Shown here in pieces: positions 18,098 to 26,901 of a DNA stretch of 64,000 nt (positions within the stretch are counted from its first letter, which is position 1; every line of letters begins with the position of its first letter). This DNA is from Candidatus Pacearchaeota archaeon. Its GTDB lineage: Archaea; Nanobdellota; Nanobdellia; Pacearchaeales; GW2011-AR1. The stretch spans positions 698-64,697 of the forward strand of contig JAVZZP010000002.1 in the NCBI GenBank assembly GCA_038885615.1. Direction: 5' to 3'. A program made the translations under genes and the position numbers. Under the pieces are notes generated by a model. It did not search any database and was not told where the DNA came from. It worked only from the letters and a program-made list of their open reading frames with translations.

Positions 18098-20405
18098 AAT
18101 TTATTCCAGATGTTTCTAAAATAGTTTTTGCTATCGGCTTTATTTGTTTTTCAACATAATGCTCATAATCAATTTTGTGTTTTAATTTTTGTATTGGTTC
18201 TGGGCCATTTGTTGTTATGTAATATTCTATGAGATTGCTTTCTAGAGAATCAAGTTGACGAGCAGCCTTTACATGCGGCGGAGTTGTTTTCGTGTATTCT
18301 TCTAGTTCTTTTCTTATTGATTTTCTGTAAACTAGTTCTTTGTCGAGTTTTCCTTCTTTTAATTTTTTGATATGTTCTTTGATAAATGGAATTGGATTTT
18401 CTTTTTTGAAAATTTTTATTAGCAATTCTTTTTGAAAATTTTTTGCAGCTTCTGTCCAATCTCCGCGAATTGCTTCAAGTCCAACAATTTCAAGCTCTTC
18501 TTTTCCATTTTTTTCAATTAAGCCAGCATATCTTTTTTTTGCTCCTCTTGTCTCTTCTTGTGCCCTCATTTGAGGGATAATTAAAGATAAATAGAAAGAA
18601 TCAAACTCTAGTTCAAGGAAAGATTTTCTATTGAATTTTTCTTTGACATATTTTTCATAAAAAGAGTTTATTTCTTTTGGTAGTTTTTCCGCTAGTTTTA
18701 TTGCTTCTTCTTTATTTAGTTTTGTATGCACAAAAATGCTATCTGTATCTCCATAAAGAACTTCAAAACCTTTTTCTTCTACTTTTTTGGCAGTCATTTT
18801 TATTATTTCTTGTCCAAAGTGGGTTATTGCATTCGCCATTCTTAAATCAAAATATCTGCAGTTAGGAGAAGCGAGAACACCAAAAAAAGAGTTCATTATG
18901 ATTTTTATTGCGTAATTTGAAAGCTCTCTTTTTTCTTTTTTTGCCTTTTCTCTTGCTTCGTGAAGTTTTCCAAGTATTTCTGGAAGAATTCCTTCTTGGT
19001 TTTTGAAACAAGCACCATTTGGAGAAACGATACAATTTTTTTCGGGTTTTTCTATAAAACTTGCAGGATCTATGTTGAATGTTTTTATTATTGAAGGATA
19101 AAGTGATTTAAAATCAAAAGTTAGAACATTTTCATAAATGCCTGGTTTTGGGGTCATTACATATCCCCCTTTGATTTTTTCTTCTTTTTGATTGTATTTT
19201 GTTGTTGGAGAAACAAGATTTCTTTTTCTAGCCTCTCTTATATATAAAGAATCAAAAGCAGCTATAGAACCTGTAAGTTTATTTAATTGTAAACCTGTCA
19301 ACTCACTTCTTTCTATTTCCAAGTCGATTATTTTAGCTTTTTCTAAGATTTCATAAACTAAAACACAATCATTTAGATTGTAGTCTATTAGTTTTTCTTT
19401 ATTTTTTTTGTATAGCTCTTCTATCTCTTTGTGCTTGTTCTTTTTGAAAGAAATTGTTTTACCCTTACCGAGAATTGCTTGTGAAACATCTTCTAGGGAA
19501 TAAGATTCTGCTTTTATTGATTTAATAAGAGGAGATTCTTGTATAAATGGGTCTTTAATAAGATTTAGTCCATCTAAAGCAATTCTTCCAGGAATTTCAG
19601 CGGTAGAATTTTTAAAGAAATTTTTTTCTATTCTTATTTTTGCTTCTTCCTTTTCTTTTCTTCCTATATCAAACAAAATTTTGTTTTTTTTGAAAATTTC
19701 TTTTAGATAAAACAAATCAAAATCTATAAGGTTCCATCCGGTTATTATATCCGGATCAAAAGAGATTATTTCTTTTTTTAAATCTTCAAGAAGTTTTTCT
19801 TCTTTTTCATAGTTCTGTGCATTTTTTATTTTTTCTTTTGATATGATAAAACTTTTTTGATAATTTTTAGAATATAAACTTACGCAATACAATTCTCCTC
19901 TTTCAGAGGTTTCAATATCTAGAGAGAGTACTTTTAATTTTGTTTTTTCTTCTGATGAAAATTTCTTTATTTCCGGTTCTATATAAAACCTATCAACTCT
20001 TTGTTCGCTATCTGTTTTATAATCTCCATACAATTCTATTCTTGAGAAAATGTCATTGTCAATTAAAAAGCGAGTGTTTGGCTTTAAGTCTGCTTCAAAA
20101 GTTTCTATTTTTAAACTATTTAATAACTTCAAGAATTCTTTTTGTTTTTCATAGTTTTTAAATACTATTTTAAGGCATTCTTTTCCAGAAAAAGTTTTCT
20201 CAGAAGTTCTTTCAATTTTTGCATCAAACCCTTTTAAGTCCCCTTGTATTTTCTTTTCATCTTCTTTTTTTATAAAAAAATACGGAAAAAAGCTTTTTTC
20301 AACGACGAAGCTATGTCCATTTGTTAAGCGACCATATAAATAAATGTAAGTTTTGTCTTCTTTTGTTTCGTAGTCAGAATAAACAATAAATCCTATTTGT
20401 TTCAT
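18054..20405 (-). CDS. polB: family B DNA polymerase
   Basis: Exonuclease motifs, SLYPSII and YGDTDS polymerase motifs, 783 aa, no intein. Confidence 0.9.
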   Translation of the reverse strand: MKQIGFIVYSDYETKEDKTYIYLYGRLTNGHSFVVEKSFFPYFFIKKEDEKKIQGDLKGFDAKIERTSEKTFSGKECLKIVFKNYEKQKEFLKLLNSLKIETFEADLKPNTRFLIDNDIFSRIELYGDYKTDSEQRVDRFYIEPEIKKFSSEEKTKLKVLSLDIETSERGELYCVSLYSKNYQKSFIISKEKIKNAQNYEKEEKLLEDLKKEIISFDPDIITGWNLIDFDLFYLKEIFKKNKILFDIGRKEKEEAKIRIEKNFFKNSTAEIPGRIALDGLNLIKDPFIQESPLIKSIKAESYSLEDVSQAILGKGKTISFKKNKHKEIEELYKKNKEKLIDYNLNDCVLVYEILEKAKIIDLEIERSELTGLQLNKLTGSIAAFDSLYIREARKRNLVSPTTKYNQKEEKIKGGYVMTPKPGIYENVLTFDFKSLYPSIIKTFNIDPASFIEKPEKNCIVSPNGACFKNQEGILPEILGKLHEAREKAKKEKRELSNYAIKIIMNSFFGVLASPNCRYFDLRMANAITHFGQEIIKMTAKKVEEKGFEVLYGDTDSIFVHTKLNKEEAIKLAEKLPKEINSFYEKYVKEKFNRKSFLELEFDSFYLSLIIPQMRAQEETRGAKKRYAGLIEKNGKEELEIVGLEAIRGDWTEAAKNFQKELLIKIFKKENPIPFIKEHIKKLKEGKLDKELVYRKSIRKELEEYTKTTPPHVKAARQLDSLESNLIEYYITTNGPEPIQKLKHKIDYEHYVEKQIKPIAKTILETSGINFEKAFNEEKQEKLF

Positions 20406-20444
20406 ATATTTTTATAAATAAATCTTTTTAAAATACTTTTTATT

Positions 20445-20948
20445 TTGTTTTTTATGGCTTCAAATACTAATTTGTCTTATATTGAACTAGAAAAAAAATT
20501 CAGGCATTTGATAAAGGACTTAATAAGAAGTTGGCCAGAAAGATATTGTTGTTTGGATTATAGACATCACTCTAAAATTGCTGATTCCATGCAGGATCAA
20601 AAATATAGGTTCGGTATAATTCCCCGTAGAGATGTTTCACCTAGGAATACAGGGCATTCTTTTGATTGTGGCCATTCTAGAATAGAACTTTTCTTGGGTG
20701 GAAATTTTGATGAAAGAGATTTGTTTGTGCCTAATTATTATAGGTGGGTTTTCTGTCCCTCTCTTTCAACAGATTTTTTTGTAGAGGGAATTAATGAACA
20801 ATTTAAGGAATATTGGCTAGCTTTTGGTAGGGAAGTTCTTTTTAGAAGAGATTTCTTTTCTTTTGTAGAGGGTTGTTTAGATATTGTTCAGGATAATCTT
20901 GCCGTTTTAAAAGACATTATTTCAAGAGAAAAGGAATATTTCTTTTAA
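20445..20948 (+). CDS. hypothetical protein (R/F/Y/W-rich, compositionally atypical)
   Basis: ORF only. Confidence 0.3.
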   Translation: MFFMASNTNLSYIELEKKFRHLIKDLIRSWPERYCCLDYRHHSKIADSMQDQKYRFGIIPRRDVSPRNTGHSFDCGHSRIELFLGGNFDERDLFVPNYYRWVFCPSLSTDFFVEGINEQFKEYWLAFGREVLFRRDFFSFVEGCLDIVQDNLAVLKDIISREKEYFF

Positions 20949-21001
20949 AATAACTTTTAATCTATATTAATTTTTAAAAAATATCTTTCTTTTATTTTTT
21001 T

Positions 21002-21364
21002 ATGGAATTTAAGTATGGTAAAGTATGGGAAATAGAAGACGATAAGGTGAGAGAATTAAATGAAAAAAGATGCGAGCTCAATGATCTTTCTTCAAGAATG
21101 GAAACGGCATATTCTTATTTTTATGCGACCGTTACTCCTACTAGTATAGAGAGGTATCTAAGTCAGATAGAAAATTTAGAGAATGAAATTAGCGGATTTA
21201 GAAAAGATAGGTTAAATCCCTTTGATAGAGCTGTTTTTATGGATATTTCGGGAAATGCAAGAAAACATAGGGCTTTATATGACTTTTATTACAATCAAGA
21301 AAAAAATATAGGACTAGAACAACTTTTAGATATTTTTTTGGTGATGGTACATAAAAGAGGCTAA
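21002..21364 (+). CDS. hypothetical protein, possibly the N-terminal part of a frameshift-split gene
   Basis: ORF. Frame of the downstream ORF opens 10 nt before this ORF's stop (see findings). Confidence 0.3.
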   Translation: MEFKYGKVWEIEDDKVRELNEKRCELNDLSSRMETAYSYFYATVTPTSIERYLSQIENLENEISGFRKDRLNPFDRAVFMDISGNARKHRALYDFYYNQEKNIGLEQLLDIFLVMVHKRG

Positions 21365-21576
21365 TCTCACTTAGAAGTAAAGGAGGTTTTCAATCAATAG
21401 ACTCCTTCGTTAAGGGGTTTTTTCCTTTTTGGAGTAGAGAGGTAAGAGATAACATTATCTTCTCTAGTTGTCAAAATATTTCAAAGTCATTTTCAGATTT
21501 AAGAGAATTTAAGTATCGTGAACTAGACAGAATAGCCAAAAGAGTAGCTTCGTGGTTTTCAGAAAGAGGAGCGGTT

Positions 21577-22320
21577 ATGAAAGAAAGAGAGCTAACTTAC
21601 GGTTTTTTGCCTTATGAAGAGGAAAATCAAGGAAAATTTGATAAAAACTCCGGAGCAATTCTAATAAATCCTACTAGCATTATAATATATAGAGAAGATA
21701 ACTCTTCATTTGGTATTAACTCTTCTCTGGCTATTCCTGTTTCTGTTCATGAATTATCACATAAAGTTCATACAGAGTACTCTTCAAAATTTTTTCCAAA
21801 TGGGTTAAATGACCGATTTTCAGAAGATAATTCTGGATTTTATGATTTACAGCAAGAAGGAAACGCAATGTTTAATGAGCAATTATTTTTGTCCGAAGGA
21901 GGTAAGTATTTTTTTGAGAAAGAATTAGCCTTGGCAAGAAAATATTTTAGAGCATATCTGCCTTTAAAAGCAGATTTTATTCTAGCAAGCATTTTGCGTC
22001 AAGAAGATGTTTTAGTTAATAAAACAAAAAGGAGCAAGAATTCCGAAGATTTTAAAGAAAAACTGGTTTTTTTGTCAGGCGTGAAGAGATATTCTATCGA
22101 TCAAGATTCTTTTAATTTTTGTTTGTCCGAGCTTTTTTCATTAGCAAATTATTCTGAAGGATTTTATAGAATGAAAAAACTAGATGACGATTTAAGAAAA
22201 AAAGGCGTTAGTGATGATTTAAGATTCTTTTCTAGATTTGCTGGTTTTTGGGCAGATTTTAATGCCTTTAGATATTTTGTCAATGATGTATTTGTGCCAG
22301 AGTTTTCTAGAGGAAATTAG
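21577..22320 (+). CDS. hypothetical protein with HExxH motif (VHELSHKVH), putative Zn-metallopeptidase-like
   Basis: HExxH motif. Reading frame is open for about 74 codons upstream of this ATG without any start codon. Confidence 0.35.
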   Translation: MKERELTYGFLPYEEENQGKFDKNSGAILINPTSIIIYREDNSSFGINSSLAIPVSVHELSHKVHTEYSSKFFPNGLNDRFSEDNSGFYDLQQEGNAMFNEQLFLSEGGKYFFEKELALARKYFRAYLPLKADFILASILRQEDVLVNKTKRSKNSEDFKEKLVFLSGVKRYSIDQDSFNFCLSELFSLANYSEGFYRMKKLDDDLRKKGVSDDLRFFSRFAGFWADFNAFRYFVNDVFVPEFSRGN

Positions 22321-22354
22321 AAAAATTAATAATCCCTTAATTCCTATTATTTTA

Positions 22355-23386
22355 ATGGGAGTACAAATAGCAGATATTATTCCTAGGAAAGAAATAGATA
22401 TTTCTCTTTTAAAAGGAAAGACAATTGCAGTTGATGCAATGAACACTCTTTATCAATTCTTAACTACGATAAGACAGCAAGACGGAACACCGCTGATGGA
22501 TTCTAAAGGCAAAATAACCTCTCATTTGTCAGGGCTTTTTTATAGAAATATTTCTTTGCTTAGCGAAGGAATAGAACTTGTTTATGTTTTTGATGGAAAA
22601 CCATCCGAGTTAAAAAGAAAAGAACTTGAAGAAAGAGCTGAAAGAAAAAAAGAAGCATTAGAAAAATATGAGGAAGCAAAAGAAAAAGGGGAAATAGAGG
22701 AGATGGCTAAATACTCAAGGCAGTTTGTTAGGATAAATGAAGAAATAATTAAAGAAAGCAAAGAACTTTTATCTGCCTTAGGAATTTCTTTTGTTGAGTC
22801 AATAAATGAGGGAGAAGCAGAAGCCTCTTTTTTGGCAAAATCTAACGTTGTATGGGCCTGTGCTTCACAGGACTATGATTCTTTACTTTATGGAACACCT
22901 AGGCTGATTAGAAATTTAACTCTTGCTAGAAAAAGAAGAACTTCTTCAGGAGTTTTGGTAGATGTTAATCTTGAGTTGATAGAGTTGCAGCATGTTTTAG
23001 AAACATTACAAATAGATAGAGATGGTTTGATTTGTTTAGGAATTATTGTTGGGACAGATTTTAATCCGGGTGGAATCAAAGGACTAGGTCAAAAAAAAGC
23101 TCTTGAAATTGTTAGAAAATACAAATATCCTGCATTGATTTTTGATTATCTGCAAAAAAGCGGAAAATATGTTATTGATTTTATTTGGACAGATATTTTT
23201 AAGGAATTTAAAGAATATAAAGGAAATAATATTTCAAGAGTAGAAAAGAAAAAAATTGATTTTGACAAAGTTAAGAAGATCCTTCTTGAGAGAGATTTTT
23301 CAGAAGAAAGAATAGACAATGCCTTAGAAAAACTTAAAGAGATTCAAGAACAGAAAAAGCAAGTTTCCCTTAAGGATTTTTTTTAG
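22355..23386 (+). CDS. fen: flap endonuclease FEN-1
   Basis: MGVQIADIIP N-terminus; XPG-N/XPG-I motifs (AVDAMNTLYQF, GEAEASFLAK); C-terminal PIP-like tail. Track ORF starts earlier at TTG 22238. Confidence 0.85.
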   Translation: MGVQIADIIPRKEIDISLLKGKTIAVDAMNTLYQFLTTIRQQDGTPLMDSKGKITSHLSGLFYRNISLLSEGIELVYVFDGKPSELKRKELEERAERKKEALEKYEEAKEKGEIEEMAKYSRQFVRINEEIIKESKELLSALGISFVESINEGEAEASFLAKSNVVWACASQDYDSLLYGTPRLIRNLTLARKRRTSSGVLVDVNLELIELQHVLETLQIDRDGLICLGIIVGTDFNPGGIKGLGQKKALEIVRKYKYPALIFDYLQKSGKYVIDFIWTDIFKEFKEYKGNNISRVEKKKIDFDKVKKILLERDFSEERIDNALEKLKEIQEQKKQVSLKDFF

Positions 23387-24183
23387 GGAGAATCTTCTTT
23401 TATTTCTTCTAAGATTTTTATTTCGAAGTTTATTTTATTGAATTCTTCATTTATATAAAAATCTCTTATCGAAGTAAAGTTATAAATTGAGTAAGTTATA
23501 GTTTTATTATTTTTATTTTCTTTTTTTTCTTCTACTTTAACATCGAATAAGTTTTTTGTTATGTTGTTCATACAATCCATGTCTTTTTTACATTCAAGTG
23601 TTTTGTGTATGTCGTAAAAAGGAAGAAGACCTATTTTTTTAAAAATTATCTCTGCATTCAATTTATCTTTTTTTGTAATTTCTGGTACTTTGAATTCTAT
23701 TTCTTTTAGTTTAATATTTATTTTTTCATCATCTAAAAATAAATCAAAGTTTAGGTCTTTTATTTTTTCTATTAAAATTTTTTTGTAAGTATAATTGTTT
23801 TTATTTTGAAAAGAGTTATATTCGTTAATTGCTTTTATTTTTAAGCAGTTTTTAGTTGCATTATTTAAACTTTCATTTATATCTTTTTTCATTTTATCAA
23901 AAAATAAAATCTCTTCAATTTCTTTTTCTTCGTAGAATTTTTTGTTTTTAGTTAAATTGTAGTAACTATAATATGTACATTCTTCAAGATATTTTTCTAA
24001 TCTATACTCCATGTCTTTTTTTTCCAGTTGAATTTCTTCTATACTATCATAGCCTTTCAATCTAAATTCAAACTTTTCATTGTATGAAGCAATTTTGACT
24101 AAAGCATAAACACAAATAATTAAAACCATTATTGTAAATATTACTATATCTAAGTTAGCTTTTTTATTTTTCATTTTTAGCAT
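23383..24183 (-). CDS. pilin-like protein with class-III-type signal peptide (KKA|NL + hydrophobic helix)
   Basis: N-terminus MLKMKNKKANLDIVIFTIMVLIICVYALV; last gene of a 6-gene minus-strand operon. Confidence 0.45.
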   Translation of the reverse strand: MLKMKNKKANLDIVIFTIMVLIICVYALVKIASYNEKFEFRLKGYDSIEEIQLEKKDMEYRLEKYLEECTYYSYYNLTKNKKFYEEKEIEEILFFDKMKKDINESLNNATKNCLKIKAINEYNSFQNKNNYTYKKILIEKIKDLNFDLFLDDEKINIKLKEIEFKVPEITKKDKLNAEIIFKKIGLLPFYDIHKTLECKKDMDCMNNITKNLFDVKVEEKKENKNNKTITYSIYNFTSIRDFYINEEFNKINFEIKILEEIKEDSP

Positions 24184-24800
24184 TCTTCTATGTAATATTT
24201 AATTAAAGCAAAAGATTTTTCTGGAAAGAAGAAACTATAACCGTAACTTAAATCTTCTATATCTGAAAATAATTTAAAATCAGTCTGGAAAGGATATTTT
24301 TTTCCTCTAGGGTATGAAAAACAATAATTTGCTCTTCCTTTTGAGTATGCAGAAACACCATCACCTATATAAGATAGCCCATTAACTATAAAAAAAGAAC
24401 TACAAATTTTGATTATTTTGTTTTTATCATTTAATCTTTTTAGATAGTCTTCCATTTTAGGATTTATTTTATTACTGCAAAATGGGTCAATCTTTTCTAT
24501 AAAATCTTCTGTCAAATAATAAAATTTTTTATTTTCCACTTCTTCTTCAAATAAATAAAAAAGTGCTCTTTGTTCCTCCTGTGATAAAAAAGCAGCTGTT
24601 CCTACAGTTTTTACATCATCTACAATGTTATTCTTTATGTCTTTAATATTTTTTAAGCCAGCAAAAAAAACAAAAATCATCAGAATAAAAAAAATAACTA
24701 TTGTTGCTACAAACCATGAGAGCGTACTTGAAATTTGTGCTTTTTTATTTTTTTTCATTTTAAACAAAACTTTTTTTATTTCCATGATTTTGAGAAGCAA
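24177..24800 (-). CDS. pilin-like protein (KKA|QI class-III-type signal, probable start MKKNKKAQ at about 24761)
   Basis: MKKNKKAQISSTLSWFVATIVIFFILMIFVFFAGL. Confidence 0.45.
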   Translation of the reverse strand: MLLKIMEIKKVLFKMKKNKKAQISSTLSWFVATIVIFFILMIFVFFAGLKNIKDIKNNIVDDVKTVGTAAFLSQEEQRALFYLFEEEVENKKFYYLTEDFIEKIDPFCSNKINPKMEDYLKRLNDKNKIIKICSSFFIVNGLSYIGDGVSAYSKGRANYCFSYPRGKKYPFQTDFKLFSDIEDLSYGYSFFFPEKSFALIKYYIEEC

Positions 24801-25272
24801 CCAATAACTCCACGATTAAGATTTCTTTTTTATTTTCTGTTTCGTTAAAGTAATTTACGAGAATTTTTGTTTGGGAGCAAGCAGGAAGGTATGGCCCTTT
24901 TTGTTTAATTGTGCAATCATTTTCATACGAGAACTGGCCGAATCTAAATTTTTTTATTTCAAATTCATATTCATTCTTTATTTTTAAATGTAAAAATCTT
25001 GTTGTATTTTTTTCTTCTTTAAAAGATTCTTTGTTTAAACCACATTCATCAAAAAACGCCCCCTCATTCCACAAAAGAACTTCATTTTTTAGATAACCAT
25101 TCTTTATAATGCAGTCTAAAATCTTTTGTTGAAGCATAGATATTTCTTGAGCTCTGACATCTATCGGAGAACTAAAATAATTTAGTGTAACTATTGTTAC
25201 AACTAGTCCAACTAATGCTAAAGAGACAAACCACCACAAAGAGAAAATTTTTTCATCGGCTTTTTTATTCAT
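24760..25272 (-). CDS. pilin-like protein (NKKA|DE class-III-type signal)
   Basis: MNKKADEKIFSLWWFVSLALVGLVVTIVTL. Confidence 0.45.
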   Translation of the reverse strand: MNKKADEKIFSLWWFVSLALVGLVVTIVTLNYFSSPIDVRAQEISMLQQKILDCIIKNGYLKNEVLLWNEGAFFDECGLNKESFKEEKNTTRFLHLKIKNEYEFEIKKFRFGQFSYENDCTIKQKGPYLPACSQTKILVNYFNETENKKEILIVELLVASQNHGNKKSFV

Positions 25273-25700
25273 TTTATTCCTATTAAAAGTTTTCCTCCTA
25301 TTGTCCTATTTTGATTATCTACATCTAAATGAATTTTTGTTAAACTCTCATCAATTTCTATTTTAGAGAAAAAATGATAAACAAAACCCCCTTCTTTCTT
25401 TGTTTTAATTTGAACAAAACTTTCTGTTGTATTTATTATTATCATTTCTTCCTGCATAAATTTTGAATCCATTCTATTTTTTTGAGCATTTTTTATTAAG
25501 TCAGTTATATTTATCTCAAAGAAATCCCCTCTTTCTGCCCTATTTAGCATTAACCCAATTTTTTTTGCATAAATTTCTTCATAACGGAGAGCCTCAGAAG
25601 AAACTCTGTTAACAAAAATGAGCATTAACGACATAAAAATTATATTTAGAACTATAAAAATAACAATAGGATAAATCATATCGGCTCTTTTATTTTTCAT
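25269..25700 (-). CDS. pilin-like protein (KRA|DM class-III-type signal)
   Basis: MKNKRADMIYPIVIFIVLNIIFMSLMLIFV. Confidence 0.45.
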   Translation of the reverse strand: MKNKRADMIYPIVIFIVLNIIFMSLMLIFVNRVSSEALRYEEIYAKKIGLMLNRAERGDFFEINITDLIKNAQKNRMDSKFMQEEMIIINTTESFVQIKTKKEGGFVYHFFSKIEIDESLTKIHLDVDNQNRTIGGKLLIGIK

Positions 25701-25737
25701 TTTTTTATAAATAAAACTAATATTATAAATTTAACTT

Positions 25738-26772
25738 TTAACCAAGGCTTGCAATATAAAATTCTCCTTTTTCGTTAAATTTTTTAAATCCCTCACTTGT
25801 GTAATCTAATAAAAAAACCCCTGCTGCATACTCTGCTTCCGGAAACATTCCTTCGACTTTTAAAGATTTTAAATGAATCCAGTCTCCTGCTCCCCAACCA
25901 GCAACGCCGCCGATCATCGCGCCAGCAAAAGGGTGCCCTGCCTTAAAACCTAATAATCCTCCAACAATTCCGCCAACAGAAGCACCTATAAGCGCCCCCA
26001 TTGCTGTCGGTCTTGCTTCAACATACATTATTGCTTGGGTTGTTGTTAGATTTATTTTAGTATTTAGAAAATCACTAATTAATTCACTACTCTGAGGATT
26101 TCCTGAACTAGTGCTTCCGCTTCCAGAAACGCTTTGACCAAAAAGGATATTCATTGTTTCCCCATCATAAGAATTTCTTAAAAAATCCCAATAAGAAACA
26201 TTCATTTGGGGATGTTTATATCTCAATAAGTAATCATTAAAACCTTCTAACTCTTTTAATTGGGGATTATTATCTTTTTCTGTAACTGTTTCATCAAATT
26301 TTATTCTTGAACATATTATTCCAACTGAACCAACAGATTTTTTTACAGTTATTTCTCTCTTGAAAATTGCATAAGCCCCCCTTCCTAACATGTCCCAGCA
26401 GTCAGCCATTTCTCGTGCAAGCAAAGTTTTTATCTGTTTTTCTGCTTTTTCTTTATCTTTGCTTATTCTATATGTAGAGTATTTTCCTTCCAAAGAACCA
26501 AAATCTTTCTGGCATTCTCCTTTAAGTGGCCACCTGTTTGTTGTTACACAAATTTTTTTTGTTTTGCATTTTAATTGAACTAAGTCTTTTGCTTGTGACT
26601 CTAAAATGCTGTCAGGAATTGTTCCCCTCAAAACAGCACTTGTCTTGCATGTTTCTCTGTCTAAGTCTTCTGTTTTAATTAATTGATAATAAGTTAAAGC
26701 AATAATAACAATTGTAACAATAACGATTATAATTGCCACAATCATTCCAACACTCATTTCTCCTTTTTTCAT
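25738..26772 (-). CDS. pilin-like protein (KKG|EM signal) with C-terminal glycine-zipper domain
   Basis: MKKGEMSVGMIVAIIIVIV; C-terminal GALIGASVGGIVGGLLGFKAGHPFAGAMIGGVAGWGAG (GxxxG repeats). Confidence 0.45.
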   Translation of the reverse strand: MKKGEMSVGMIVAIIIVIVTIVIIALTYYQLIKTEDLDRETCKTSAVLRGTIPDSILESQAKDLVQLKCKTKKICVTTNRWPLKGECQKDFGSLEGKYSTYRISKDKEKAEKQIKTLLAREMADCWDMLGRGAYAIFKREITVKKSVGSVGIICSRIKFDETVTEKDNNPQLKELEGFNDYLLRYKHPQMNVSYWDFLRNSYDGETMNILFGQSVSGSGSTSSGNPQSSELISDFLNTKINLTTTQAIMYVEARPTAMGALIGASVGGIVGGLLGFKAGHPFAGAMIGGVAGWGAGDWIHLKSLKVEGMFPEAEYAAGVFLLDYTSEGFKKFNEKGEFYIASLG

Positions 26773-26901
26773 ATTTCTCCACTAGTCAATTTTTTAATTA
26801 AAAAATATAAAGCGCCAGACAAGAGGACAGTAATTAAAAACCAGATTATATATTTTCCTAATTGTTCAAAATTGCCTTGGGATTTTTTTTGAAATTTTAT
26901 T

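Noticed and set aside
12820-20161. Antisense ORFs inside cdc48, kinase, NSUN and polB (12820..13044, 16687..17160, 17544..17756, 18250..18459, 18677..18865, 19940..20161)
   Set aside because: Internal antisense chance ORFs.
22238-22354. TTG-initiated 39-codon N-terminal extension of FEN-1 in the ORF track
   Set aside because: It overlaps the upstream gene and is not FEN-like. The conserved FEN-1 N-terminus MGVQIADI begins at the internal ATG.
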